Assembly: GCF_000143415.4 (NCBI RefSeq)
Contig: NW_003314263.1
Span: 557,035-621,034, forward strand
Source of the DNA: Selaginella moellendorffii
Lineage: Eukaryota; Plantae; Lycopodiophyta
DNA length: 64,000 nucleotides
Direction of reading: 5' to 3'
The translations under genes and the position numbers were made by a program. Positions 24,888-39,317 of this stretch are shown here, one piece after another. The stretch's first letter is position 1; every line of letters begins with the position of its first letter. The notes under the pieces were generated by a model. That model searched no databases. It saw only the letters and a program-made list of their open reading frames with translations, and was not told the origin of the DNA.

Positions 24888-27800
24888 TGTAGCGCACGTG
24901 GTTTTGACCCTTTATCTTATGGTGGTTTACCATAGGATAACACCACGAAGCGGAACCTAAACCCTCTTTGTGCCACGTGACATATGCCACGTGTCACATG
25001 CCACGTGTCCATGCCACATGTCCATAGGAACCCGAGGTTCAGGGCCTTGGGCCACTGAACGAAGGAACGGTGCCAAACTCCCAAGCATGGAGCCAAGGAA
25101 TGATAGAACCGAACCATGGAGCAACCCTCGAGCATAAAGCCCAAGGAACGAAGGGACAGGAGCCCGGAGCGACTTGGAACAGTCCTAGAGTAACCAGCAT
25201 CCCAATGCTAGGACCAGCATGCAAAACGGAGCCAAATGGAGTCTGGCGCTATTTCGGCATACCGGTGGCCTAACGCGAGGATATGGGTACTCCACCAACT
25301 AGCATGGAATGGAACTTGGGCTTAGACCCAAGCCGGACGCAGAACAAGGACAGGCACGCAAGCGGGAGCTAGACTATGCCTCAGGTTGGTTGGCCATGCC
25401 CGACCTACCCACTATCCCTACTATACATTTGGAACCCCCCATAGCCCCCCCCCCCCCCTTGAGGAACACACGCTTTGGGCTTTCACCCCAAGCCTCCCTT
25501 AGTATCAGGAGTTAGTCTTTGGGACAAGCTCGAAACTTACTAAATATGGAATGTCCCTAGATTGTGAATTTGGACACGGGACGAACACCATTGTGTTCAG
25601 GCCGATCTCTACATTCTGTAGATATGCCAAATGAGCAAATCTGGACACTTTCCATAAATAGCATTTAGGACTGAAATGAGACTAACACAAAGGGCATGAT
25701 AGTGAGGGTGTTTGGCAAACACGGTAAGCTATCATCTAGCGATATTGAGGGACCAAGCTCAATATCGCGGGGGTTCCCAACACTAGCAAGTGCAAGTCAA
25801 CGAATGAGTTTCTCTAACCAAGTCAAGTATGCTTGACAAATAGCATGTAGGAATTTCGTCCTTATGCTCATCTGGTCAAGTGCACACGCGAGGACCAGTT
25901 TCTCAACTAGCTTAGGCGGAGGCTGATAACGGGTTCAGCAATACCGACCTCCTGCCATCGTGGCAGTAAGGTAAGAGTGTCCGTAACGACTAGCCGACAA
26001 GTAACTTTCGATACCCGAAGTCACATTCGCGACACTCTCCCCCCCTAGGGAAGATCGACGTCCTCGTCGATGCATACTCAAGTCTAGAATACCGCCAAGG
26101 AAACAACTCTAGAAAAATTTCACGGTACTCACACTATGTGAGAAATGCACCAACTTAAATGAGTTAGAGGGCAACCTCTTTGTCTAACGCAGATGCGCTA
26201 CCAGCTCAGACACCTTCCGGCCATCGCCGACAAGGAAATGACTAACAGATTCAGCCACCCTTGCTACTCTGGGAGTCACCCAGCTTACAAAAGTGTGATA
26301 TGCCCCTGCCCGCAGGGACATAGAGAGAGAAGCCAGAGGCCCCAACCCTCCTAAGCAAAGAAACCAAACCTGTCGGTAAGGTTTAGATAGACTACTGTAA
26401 ACAGGCAGTTAGAGTTGTTTACACGGTCACGCCCTTTTAATGGAATAAGGAACATCGACAGAGAGGCGGGTGATGTGACCAGTCGACAGTAGCTATCCCA
26501 TGACTAGAGATTTCACCATGCACACGAAGTGCCGAAGCCAGTCTGCCTATATTGGCCCAAACTCAAAGATCAATAGATGGACAATATCAAAGTCATAGAC
26601 AATGATATCTTAGAGACTTAATTATCAGTGAATAAATCTTATATTAGAACACAAAAGTATTCCAAGTATGTTATCATCTGATAAACTAGTATTATAGTAG
26701 AGGAACCACCAAGATCATCATAATTGGTAAACATAGGATTCACCATCAAACAAAATGCAATAGCAAGTATATCATCAAGTAAACTCAATGATAAAGTTTA
26801 ACTATTAAAGATTGCAGACAGAATGCCAAACAACTTATGAAAGATAACTCAAAGAATACAAAGTATCATTGACGGACAAGCACAATGCTCGCGAATGTAT
26901 CACCCGAAAGAAATAACATCCCAATCTATCAAAACTAACCTGAGCAATAATCAACAGAACAGAATGAATGCGGTAAGACCAACAAACACTCACTTCTGCT
27001 AGCTATCACAAAAGCCAATCTGAATAGATCCCAGCCAACAATACCAAGGAACTCAAGTTGCCTAAGCAAGTGTCAGCAACATCCTACTGATGTTTCAAAC
27101 CCAAGAGACCAATCCAGAACAAACCACAAAGAACATGTGGTATTGCAAAAAGCCAGAAGCCATCAAAAAGAATAACTAACTTATCATGAAAGACTATCAA
27201 TCATCCCATCAAGAAAGAGATGCATAATCATCGTTGAAGAAAGAATCTACCATCCTGAAGAACAGCAACTCAGTCTATACCAACAATAATCAAGCAAAAC
27301 CTTTTTGACAAGGATAATCAACTATCCCAGATGATAGTCAATCATCACCAATGATTGCTAGACGCAAATACTAACTTCAACATTGAAGCTAAAGAGCCAA
27401 AAATGCCTTCCCCAACAACTTCAAACAAATGGACCACAAGTATGATAACGCAAGGAACCAAAAGCTCGAAGAAGTCTATAGCTAAGTTTTTGCCTAACAA
27501 TGATCACGAGTCTCGCATGAATTAACTTCAATGCTAAAGAAGAAATCATGGTATAACCCACAATATCTTTCTCAACACATCCATAAGCTAAACTTCATAA
27601 TGCCAAAGCTATTGAAGAGCATATCTGCATCAATCCAAAAGCCAAGCACAATGAAGCTATGCTCAACAAGTGATCACTAAATGATCCTCCATGAATCCAT
27701 CTATAGCAAGACGTAACTCACTTCATAACAAGCACAAGAAGAATCATTAATGATCGATATATTCCAACTCAAACCCAATAAGGATTCAAACTTTTCAATA

Positions 27801-29646
27801 TCGATCACTAACTCTTCCACTTATAGAGTTAGCATAGTCCATGACTAAATCACTTTTCAAAGAAAAGCCAACACTCAACCCCTACTAAATAATCTCGTCT
27901 AAAACACAACTAACTCAAACTTGCCACTCAGTTCATTTGAACGTCAACATAGTTACTAACTAGCAAATGCGCAAATGCTAATAACACAAAGTCATGGCCA
28001 AATCATCAACACGATCTCTATCGAGAGTAATGAAACGCAATATCAATCCTAAGGATAGACATCTCATCTCACTTAAATCTCAACATCAACAATATCAACA
28101 ACAAGGCATCACTTCAATGCCATCAACACTAGAACAAAGCTAGAAGAAAGCACGAGTGTATCACCACTCAAGACTTTCTAGCAACCAAGCTAACCAAAGT
28201 CAAAGATACCTTAGTTAGTATCCGAGACCAATCCTTTAGCAAAACTCAGTTACAGATAACACTTCCTCAAGGAGTGAATCACCACGTCCAAGACTCAATG
28301 AAATCCAATACCATGAACTAAATGCAACCAAATGATATTGACAAAAGTAAAATCGATATGCCAACATGGAAAAACTCATGTGAGTCTAACGACACGATCC
28401 TCCGCAACACCATCCAGTAAAGCAAGCCCATTGCTAAATCATCATCGAGCAAAGCAAGTGTCAACAATCCTTGACGAAGTCTACAAGTAATCATTAGTCG
28501 CAAAGCAACCAACAATCACCTTTCAACTTGCCTTCACAAGACCTAAACACCAACTCTTATCATCAAGTTATATACTTGTCCAACATGAACGTGATACCCC
28601 AGGTATGAGATAAAAGTTCATAGACAAGCACAAATTAAATGACCACTCGAATCCAACTCAATCGCAATAAGCTCACTAAAACATTTAGCCACTAGCTCTG
28701 AGCATGCCTTGAAGAGGCTAGCTATGTGATCAACACTCAATCGAAACTAAAGTGAAGACCATGAGATGGACTCATATCGGTACACAACCTCCTCATAGAT
28801 AAAGCTATAGTACGGGTACTAACATCTCAACCTCAAACAACTAAGTTGGACATCACCATCCTCAACCAAAGCGTAGGGCCACCAAGGCCAAGTCAAGATT
28901 AGTGAGAGCTCACTACTCTCATACAGTCTAACGAAATGCAAATGTGAGACACAAAATCCCTAGGCCCCAAAGTGGAGCCGGAAGGGCGCCACATGGTAGT
29001 GGCCGAAGCGAGAGCCAAACGAGTGTAACACGTTTGGACCAAAAGCTCCGACTTGAAAAGTCAAGAGCGGGAGTGGAACTCCTAACGAAGTGCTCGAGGA
29101 ACGAGCACGAAGGGAGCAAAAGGCGAGGCTCCAAAAAGAGACCCAAAAGGACCAACACATGACACGTGGGAGTGTCCGAGATGGACTCGAGTTGGAGTCC
29201 GAAGTGGAGTCCGAGATGGACCCGAGTTGGAGTCCGAAGTGGAGTCCAAGATGAACCCGAGTTGGAGTCCGAAGAGGAGTCCGAGATGGACCCGAGTTGG
29301 AGTCCGAAGTGGAGTCCGAGATGGACCCGAGATGGAGTCCGAGATGGAGTCCGAAGTGGAGTCCGAGGTGGACCCGAGATGGACCCGAGTTGGAGTCCGA
29401 AGTGGAGTCCGAGATGGACCCGAGATGGAGTCCGAGATGGAGTCCGAGATGGAGTCCGAGGTGGACCCGAGATGGACCCGAAATGGAGTCCGAGATGGAG
29501 TCCGAGATGGACCTGAGATGGAGTCCGAGATGGAGTCCGAGATGGACCCGAGATGGACCCGAGATGGAGTCCGAGATGGAGTCCGAGATGGAGTCCGAGA
29601 TGGAGTCCGAGATGGAGTCCGAAGTCGAGACCGAGACCGAGACCGG

Positions 29647-29678
<32 letters not shown>

Positions 29679-32600
29679 TCGGGACCGAGACCGAGACCGA
29701 GGCCGAGGCCGAGACCGAGCCCGAGCCCGAGTCCGAGTCCGAATCCGAGTCTGAGTCCGAGTCCGAGTCCGAGTCCGAGTCCGAGTCCGAGTCCGGAGCC
29801 TGAGAGGGTGAAAGCCCAAAGCGTTCATCTCCCAGACCCTGGGGGGTTTGGTGAGCTCCAAAAGTATAGTAGGGGGAGGACTGCAGTGGAGCCAGTTTGG
29901 CCCAGGAAGGCCGGACCCAGTGTTGGGTGATGAGCTGCCCACTGGGAAGTCCAAGACTAGAGTGAACACAGACCGACAAGCGGAGTAGCTTGGTGAAGTG
30001 TTCAAGAGCCGGCTCTAGTTCCCCCGGGAGATCGACTGGCCGATGCTCCCAGTCCAAGTGTGGGTGGCACTACCTACTTGGATACCTGGTGTGGCTCAAC
30101 GGAACCCGCTCTAAGCCCATGGCTAGAGCACCCAAGGGCAGAAGGCGAGGAGAGTACCCAGGTGGCTCGCATAAGGCCACGGTGTTCCGAAATGTTGTCC
30201 CAAAGGCCCAGACTGTGGAAAGGAAGAGGAGCAGTCCTCTGGGGTAGTGACCAAGGACACAGTCGTGTGGTGAGGAAGTCCCAGAGGACCGTGGGACTTA
30301 GTGGTCGGGCCTGTGGGTCTCGATCCAGTGGCAGTGTTGGCAAACACGGCCAGGGGCAGAAAGGGACTTAGTGGGGACTGACAGAGGGATATTGGGGAAG
30401 GCTATTCCCCTTGTCGGTGGGCATCCTAAGGATGCTAAGGAGTGGATCTGAGATGACCACTCACGGATGGTTTTCCTAGTCTTGGAGAGCCAAGACTGTG
30501 ATGCAAGTGGTATTGGACTACCAGTGTGGCAAAGGTGATTGGGCATGGCCTTAGCGTAACGGGCTGCTATGTCGGTGGTACCTTTGAGTGTCGGTCATGG
30601 GATCGGACACGTGGAGCACTTGGACCAAGTGCAAATGTTGAGTGGCATGGATGCCATTCTCGGGGCTAGCAAGTCCCAAGTCCTGGATTGGACTTATGGA
30701 GGTTGTGAATGAGACTCCTCCAAGTGGTCAGAGGTGTGGTTAAGTGACTAAAGTAGAATGAAAAATTTAGTCGCTTACAATTTGGTATCGGAGTTGTTCC
30801 TTAGTCCGACTTTTATTGGTGCTCAAATATATCACCACTGGTGTTGGCAACGGAAGGTCCGAGAAGTGGGCCTATCCTTGAGGAGTAGCAGGTCGGGAAG
30901 ATATGGCTCTTCATTACAGTTCATGTGTGAACTTGTAGACAAGGTGGTGGATAGAAAAAGGCCAATAATGGAACGACTTTGGGATCTTGGGAACAGTATA
31001 TGGTTTTCCTCGAAGAGTTGAGGATGTGATCCAGAGGAGCGTTTGACTTAGCAAACTAGCTAATGTAGTTGTGGTAAACAACTACAGTTGGGATCACGGG
31101 AAAGATAAAGACTCCAAAGCAATAAAGGAGGCACAAGATTTTCCTCATATAGTTGAGGTTGGTGCTTATGAATGTGAGACCAGAAGTAATGACCGTGGGA
31201 GGTCAAATACGGAAGAGGACTCAAGTCCTTGAAAAGGTAGCCGGGGCTACCTCTAATAAATGCTGGAACAACCCAAGGAGTTGGGGGTGTATTAAGTGGA
31301 TGAGTTGGTGTTCTCATCACATGGACAAGTAGTCCTAAGGGGCAAAGGTTGCCCCCAGAGAACAAAATCAAGTGTCGGAGTAACACTTGTGAAAATAGTC
31401 CTTTTGAGTAGGACAGGAATGCAAGAAGTGTATTCCAGTGAGCTAGTGCCTCACAAGTAGGACCTTACGGGTCTGTGAATTAACCAAGTCCAAAACTGCT
31501 GGATGACTCAAGTAGAGTCAACGGATAGTCCTAAAATCAAGTAAGTAATCATCAATCAAGTAACACCACGAGTAATGCCCATGTCACTACTACAAAGGTT
31601 TAAATGACTATCAAGTGCCAACTCGATTCGACAAAATGCAACATAAATGCCACACTTCACCGACAGAGATTTACAACACCCAACACCACTAACTTTTGTT
31701 CACAACATAGATAAGCTTATGCCACTCTCTATCCGACCAAACTCAACACTAATCCAACACCAAGCTACTCAAGGAGCAATAGCAAGGTTCTTTGGAAAAG
31801 AATTGAACATTGCAACCCAAGTCTTCCAATAGCAAGCTTAGACAAAATGGTATAGTGTTTCACCACTATCCATCCCATAACTCACCATTTGTAAGACCAT
31901 CATCTCCAAGATGCATCAAGGTAGGGAATCTTGATTGCATAATATGAACATGAGCAATGAGTCAACACCTCGTTGCAAATCATCTCTCCAAGAAGAGAAA
32001 ATGATTTACGTATTTGATCCTTCGTCCCTGATGACTCTCTTTTCGGTCTCATCTTTGACTAAACCTCAAGCTTGCATTCGCACTGCCTTCAGTTCAATCC
32101 AAGAAAAGTTTATGAGAGAGCACGGCAACAATTACTTGAAATCAATAGACTTATCCCTACAGTCTTGATTGATCCACTGTAACCATGCCAAGGAAGGATC
32201 CACTAGTGCCGTGCTAAACAACTACAGACCAGCCTATTTGCCACTCATAGCAAACTCAGGGAAGGTTTACTTTTACCCATGGTACAAGGAACAACTCATG
32301 GAACCACCGATAGGCTAACATTAATCCTGCCAACTCAAAGTGTAACCTTGAGTTACTAATGTGCCTCACTCACGAGTCCAAGCTCAAACTCGTGCGAACG
32401 GAACAACTCAATCCCTCTTGTGAGCCCAAGCGCAAGCTCACATCATAAGGTACAATAAGGTAACAATATCCATACCCAAGGAACCAATTGCGAAGCCTTT
32501 GCACCCAAACGTGTACCCACTCGGATCATCATTTTCATCTCTGCGTATGCAACGAGACTAGTTGCCCAATCTCATTGGATAGTACTCGCCGAGACTCATC

Positions 32601-33764
32601 CTCTGATACCAAATGTAGCGCACGTGGTTTTGACCCTTTATCCTATGGTGATTTACCATAGGATAACACCACGAAGCGGAACCTAAACCCTCTTTGTGCC
32701 ACGTGACATATGCCACGTGTCACATGCCACGTGTCCATGCCACGTGTCCATAGGAACCCGAGGTTCAGGGCCTTGAGCCACTGAACGAAGGAATGGTGCC
32801 AAACTCCCAAGCATGGAGCCAAGGAATGATGGAACCGAACCATGGAGCAACCCCTAAGCATAAAGCCCAAGGAACGAAGGGACAGGAGACCGGAGCGACT
32901 TGGAACAGTCCTAGAGTAGCCAGCATCCCAATGCCAGGACCAGCACACAAAACGGAGCCAAACGGAGTCTGGCGCTATTTCGGCATACCGGTGGCCTAAC
33001 GCGAGGATATGGGTACTCCACCAACTAGCATGGAATGGAACTTGGGCTTAGACCCAAGCCGGACGCAGAACAAGGACAGGCACGCAAGCGGAAGCTAGAC
33101 TATACCTCAGGTTGGTCGGTCATGCCCGACCTACCCACTATCCCTACTATACATTTGGAACCCCCCATAGCCCCCCCCCCCCCCCCCCTTGAGGAACACA
33201 CGCTTTAGGCTTTCACCCCAAGCCTCCTTTAGTATCAGGAGTTAGTCTTTGGGACAAGCTCGAAACTTACTAAATATGGAATGTCCTTAGATTGTGAATT
33301 TGGACACGGGACGAACACCATTGTGTTCAGGCCGATCTCTACATTCTGTAGATATGCCAAATGAGCAAATCTAGACACTTTCCATAAATAATATTTAGGA
33401 CCGAAATGAGACTAACACAAAGGGCATGATAGCGAGGGTGTTTGGCAAACACGGTAAGCTATCATCTAGCGATATTGAGGGACCAAGCTCAATATCGCGG
33501 GGGTTCCCAACACTAGCAAGTGCAAGTCAACGAATGAGTTTCTCTAACCAAGTCAAGTATGCTTGACAAATAGCACGTAGGAATTCCGTCCTTATGCTCA
33601 TCTGGTCAAGTGCACACGCGAGGACCAGTTTCTCAACTAGCTTAGGCGGAGACTGATAATGGGTCCAGCAATACCGACCTCCTGCCATCGTGGCAGTAAG
33701 GTAAGAGTGTCCGTAAGGACTAGCCGACAGGTAACTTTCGATACCTGAAGTCACATTCGCGACA
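24888..33764 (-). mobile_element. LTR retrotransposon C (decayed internal region) nested in B
   Basis: LTRs 24888-26034 and 32614-33764; TSD CTTTA; PBS TGGTATCAGAG; PPT AGGGGGGGAGAG. Confidence 0.93.
28943..31536 (+). mobile_element. Truncated B-family element (LTR 28943-30779 + PBS + leader) nested in C in opposite orientation
   Basis: Reverse-complement match to about 49545-51958; PBS TGGTATCGGAG at 30783; no second LTR or TSD seen. Confidence 0.88.
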
Positions 33765-35119
33765 CTTTAGCATCTTCTGCTGTGGGCTCTATCCACGGCC
33801 CAACTTTGTGACCCTCCCATGGGTCTCTTTAGAGACTACTTTCCTTGGACACACTATGCCATCGCAATGACATAGCTCATTTCCCTAAGGTGCTTTTCCC
33901 ACTTGGTCACCTTGACCAAGCCACACCATCATCAATAGTTCAAATCAACACTTTGAATTAGGAACTTTATTCCTTAACCCAAACAAAAGCTCTATTTCGT
34001 TAAAGTGGGATTTATTCAGTAAAATGGGACTAGGTACAAATTTTCAAGTATTTGAAAATGACGTGAAATTATATGTTTTTTGTCCAGGGGCTAGACATAT
34101 CTGGGGCATGGTGACTAGCGCGGTGACCTTATGTCCAGACTGAGTCCATCTAGTTGTATAATAAATCTCATTGTCAAGGTGAACAAGCCGAATCTGAAGC
34201 TAAAGAAGAGTGATGGCATGCGCGCACACACTATTTGTTTGTTCATTGAGCGTGTGGTGAGCTTTCCAAGATGAACATCATTCCTATTAGCCAGACATAT
34301 AACTTAATGGTGAGAACATTTAGATATTATTCAATGTTATCTTTTTCTAACGAATCTAATTGTGAAGGTGTAGCAAGAGGCATTGCTAGTCTGGAGAAGT
34401 CATTTAACTCATTTGACCTTTAGTGTATTTTCATGAAACTAAATAACATTCATATTATTAAGGAATTTCTCTAGTACCTTTTTTTTATGACATAGAGGCT
34501 TGCATTTCTTTCAAAGGTGATTTAGTAAAAGGCCTGAGGGCACATGCCATTCTATTTCTCAGACCGGTATTAAGATATACTAGTGCAAAGGGAAAAAGGT
34601 ATTTGGTGATCAAGTAAATGGCATGAGGGCACACGCCATTATAAGCCTAAGCGCTAGTGGACACCTCCTTTTTGGTACTCTCAGCGGTACTATCATCCTT
34701 CTCCGGGTCAGTTGTTTTGCTTTGGATTGTTGTCTCTGACGTTACTGGGGCGTTCTCGATAGTTGTTAATGTTGCCGTTTGTTCAGAAAAATGATCACCT
34801 GGAGTATAGTACGGGGAGTTTGGAAGACTTATATATTCTACATCTTCACCTATCTCCTTCTCCGTCTCCTTTTCTGCCTCACTTACAGATTTTGTGCTTG
34901 CCATGAGAACGCTCTTCACCCTAAAATATGGAGTTCATTGTGTTATAAAAGGAAACCAACACACACGCTGCAAGGGAATGATGGTACATAAAGCACGTAA
35001 GCCCACAATATGGGTTTATGTGCCATTAATATGGGCCACACGCCATATTATTAGATTTATGCACGTGTGATTGGTAAATGCATATGTCACATCATCTTTG
35101 TTTTACCTCACACACTATA

Positions 35120-38100
35120 TCAAGCCTCCTCTGATTCAGATTCGGATTGTTCACCTTGAAATAAAATACATTAGAAACTTTGTAAAGGAATATTAATGAA
35201 TCTCACCTTGAACCCGAGTTATGAATGCTCTTGCTGCATCTCTTGCATGGTCTGGCAAGGTGATGGTGGCACTCTGCTTCCGCATCCAACCATGCACAAC
35301 ATTATCCACCGATATGCTCATGCTGGGATCCCTTGGATTCAGCACCCATCTCTTTTCTAGGCAATCCTTCGTATATCCGGAACTTGGCTTGAACCACTCC
35401 ACAGTTACATTGAAGGAGTTAGTTTCCGCATCCTCCTCTGCATCNNNNNNNNNNNNNNNNNNNNNNNNNNNNNNNNNNNNNNNNNNNNNNNNNNNNNNNN
35501 NNNNNNNNNNNNNNNNNNNNNNNNNNNNNNNNNNNNNNNNNNNNCATATCATTTGTTTTTTATTACTGGGTCTGACAAGCACGACCATTCCTTTGCAGAC
35601 CTGTACTGGATTGAATGCTGAATCCGGCTTCTTGTTCCTCGGCCCACAATAGTGATCCTCAACATCGTTATCTGTCACTGCATTTCCAGAGGACATTGTT
35701 CCGCTACTATCTGGTGCTCTGGGTTCTGGCCAAAAGGACTCTTCCAATTCTTCATATACAACCGGCCCATTTTGGATAGCAGATATAATCTTCTCCCAGT
35801 ATTCGAGCAAAGGCTTGCACCTCTGAAAATAGGATTCTCCACCAAACACCAACCCCCTCTTCCAGAAGGCAATATGCTGTCTAATCCCGGCCACTATACT
35901 TTCCTGGTCTTTGAGTCCATCCGGGTGCATCGGCCGTGGGGAACCCTGAGGAATCATAGGTTCCCCAGTTATGGGATCTCTCTTGAAGAGTTCAATGCCG
36001 TCCACTGGCAGCCACACTGTGTCCCATTCTCTCATCTTGTACCTCATCACTGGAGCACCGTCACACATGCTGAAATGAAACTGAAGAGGCTTGGAGTGGC
36101 CAATCAGCGTTTCGGATCCGTCCCTGATGTAGCCTCTTACAAACCCCTTAAAGTCTGGAACCTCTGTCACAAGTGCAGCTTCAACAGTGCCTTTGATGCA
36201 ATTTTGGAATTCATCGTAGAGTTGTGGGAGGGTGAGGACATTGGATCGCCGGAGGGACTCTGCCAGGTGACTGAACATGGCATCGACGTCTTCATGAGTG
36301 TGCCCAACCATGAGAAAGCCAAGTGTAACCGTTTCAAATATGCCTTTGGCAACAAGCATCGCCAAGTACGCGAAGACGTACATGTTTTTGTTCTCACTGC
36401 CAGCATTGTCTGTTTGGAGCAGAAGATGGGGTGGAAGGCCACATCGGCCGCAAGAACTTCCTTGAGATTCTGCTTCGTTTGGATGAGGCTGTGCATTCAC
36501 CGGGCGACCAGCCTCGTCAGAATGGCATGAGGCCTCACGTGATAACCCTACAATCTGACGGCCAACATATTCACTGGGATGGCATGGGGCCCCACGCGAT
36601 ACTGCAAGCCTTTGCTCCTCCTCCAGCTGAACCCTGTATGGGGTTCGATCGACAAGGGCCTTATGCAAGGGTTGGCCGTTCAGCTCAGTCTGCGCACTTT
36701 GCAGAGACCTTAAGTGTTTTGCTAGGGACGCAATCATCATGTTTGCACCCCCGCCACCCCATAGAGGTACAAAGAAGTTCCCATAGTTCTGGGCACCATG
36801 CCCATGAGCGATTATGCCAAACAGAGACACAGGCAGCTGCATGGATGAAGAGATTGCCTTGGGGGCAGGATTGAGTCGAGGTAAGCACGTCTTTTTCTGG
36901 TCCATTTTGTCGTGGATGATGCAGAGGTAAGAGTCAGGTCTCTCCATGGAGAGAATCCTGTTATGATAATATGCAGTCCTGCAGCTTCTCTGCTCGATGT
37001 TGTGGTCGAGCCGCCTTCTAACCAACGTCTCTCGCTCTTGAGCGCTGCAAGAATTCTTCGACAAAGCCATTTTGATAGCAGTGCACTCGTCACACTTTGA
37101 AAAGCTGGAGTACTTTCCTATACTCACATCCCTGAACCTGTTGCTCCACAATCTACTAAATCTAGATTGGCTCAGCTTCCTGTAGCCATTACTCTGGAGT
37201 TCCCGATTCACATCTTCCAATATGGCCCCCTTGGTATACATGGAAGGGAGAACTCGTTGGGTGTCTCGTGTTTCATCTTCCAAGAGGCGGGTTTTATGTG
37301 GTTGCTGCTCGCTACATGTCTCGACAAACCTCTTGAAGATTGCCTCTCCATATACAACATGACCCCTGGTTTTGTGCGTACCGTCGTTCCCATGGACTGC
37401 CTGTTGAACCCTTTGTTCCTCGAACTCAGTTTTGATTCTGTAGAATGTGGTTCAAGGGACTCCATAAATGATTCTCCATGCCTTCATGCAGACCAAACCC
37501 CTCTGGAAGACCATGCCCCCCACCTGATGTTCTGAAGCATCAACAGATGACCGTAATGCCTCATACACAAAATTGCGAGCTGCCTTCCAGGACAATGTCT
37601 TGTATCTTGCTCTCTCCTCTTCAATAGCATCCCAATCAGCATGTTGACAGCACCTCCTCTTGCAACAAGCAACTGTCGAGACCATTCGAACCTCCATCGC
37701 CATTTTCTGCCTTTTCGGTTCGTTGCTCAGATCCCTTTGGCTGCGCTTTAGGAAGGTGTACTTTCTTTTCCCATGAAGAGATGTTCTATCATCAGTTGTA
37801 GTGGTGTTTGATTGTGAATCCTTCACATTCTCAAACACTAAGTGCCTCAATTTCCACCGCACAATGCTTCCAATAGTCAGACTGTTTTCTTCTGTGTCAA
37901 CAACCTCTAAAATCGCAACTCCAATATCATCCCAGCCCAATTCTTGATTAGCAACCGCATCTCTTGGATCGACAACTGTGGCTAAGCCCTCAGCTACCAC
38001 CTCCCCCTCGGGGTTGTTTAGAAACACTTTTGCCTGAATCCATGTAGCACGGTTCTTAAGATCCACGGAGGGAACATGCGTCGCACTTGCGCTGTCCCCA

Positions 38101-38342
38101 ACATCTGCTTTCTTCTGAAGATTTTTCAAGGCAACAACAACATTTACCCCGACGACCATCTCTCCTCGTTCAATAGCAACCACATTCCCATCGAAGACAG
38201 TCTCTACTGATACAGCAGCATTGCCTTCCCCAAGCCTTTCACAGTGTATAACAAAGTTCCGATCCATAGACACAAGGGTCCCTTTTGCAACTCTCTTCCC
38301 ACCATTCAAAATGTAAACCTTTTCCCCAACCCTGAAGGCCAT
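35120..38342 (-). CDS. Transposase (about 1050 aa) with one in-frame TGA at 37454-37452, a 100-N gap and a short last exon
   Basis: The 296-aa and 696-aa ORFs share a frame across a single stop (YGVP*TTFYRIK). Motifs FSKCDEC, HDKMDQ, QTDNAGSENKN, FLMVGHTHEDVDAMFS. Last exon GEQSESESEEA* at 35154-35120. Confidence 0.8.
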
Positions 38343-39212
38343 TCTGAAAGTGCAGAAAAGAAGTTAAGACCATACAAAAAATGATTGGAGAATGGCCTAA
38401 ATCATAACATACCAAACAACCTCAATAGCATGAGGCCACATGCCATTATTCAAACATGCTATTGACACCCACGTGAAATTTCGCATTCACAAAATTGGCA
38501 TGAGGCCTCATGCCATCTTGATATACACACAGCTGCAGGCAAGTAAAAACATACATGACAATACGCTAGCCATGAAATTGCAAGGGCCCAAGATGGCATG
38601 TGGCCTCATGCCATTTCTAAATGTGGTCCTAAGCCATTCCATGGTGAACATACCAGGAAGCACAAGTGCCGAATATCAAGAGGAAGCGGTAGCCACACCA
38701 AAGACAGTGCCGCTCGCAACACCGCAACTACTTGTAGCACCGCTCGCAACACCGCAACTGCTCGTAGCGCCGCTCGCACAAACTGCCACTCGCATAAACT
38801 GCCGCTCGCAATGGCGCTCGCAATGCCGCAACCGCTCGTAGACGCATAAACCACAGCCCACAACGCCGCTTACACAAGCAGCGCTCACTGCGCTCAGCGG
38901 AACCAAGAACACGGCGCACAAAAATGATAAACCTAGGAATGAGTTCGAGAATTCAAAAATAACACACGCTTGAACGTCACATCAAATCCTCTGACAAACC
39001 AGATCTTATGATTCCTCTGACAAATTTCAAACTGAGTAGCTTCTAGACTTTGCTGTCGGAGGTTGAACTTTGTCACATCATGTCCTTGCCTCGATCCAGC
39101 TGTGCCATGTCAGTGATTCGAACTTTGCCATGCCATGTCAGCGATCCGCGCCAAGATTATTCGCCGTGTAAAGGAATAATTACGCTGTGTGTGTACGTCC
39201 ATTTATGGCAAT

Positions 39213-39317
39213 ATAAGGCCACACGCCATTCAAAGAATAATGCTCGACATAAGGCCACACGCCATTCAAAGAATAATGCTCGACATAAGGCCACACGCCA
39301 TTCAAAGAATAATGCTA
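39213..39317 (+). repeat. 36-bp tandem repeat x3 containing the palindrome half-site
   Basis: ataaggccacacgccattcaaagaataatgctcgac repeated. Confidence 0.9.

Noticed and set aside
26035-28942. Coding capacity of the interior of element C
   Set aside because: No long ORF or clearly readable pol motifs; treated as decayed, superfamily unassigned
35445-35544. Reading frame continuing through the N run
   Set aside because: 100 Ns is a placeholder gap; the true length is unknown
39213-39317. Possible CRISPR-like array from the palindromic repeats
   Set aside because: The tandem units are identical with no unique spacers, other copies are irregularly spaced, no cas genes, eukaryotic context
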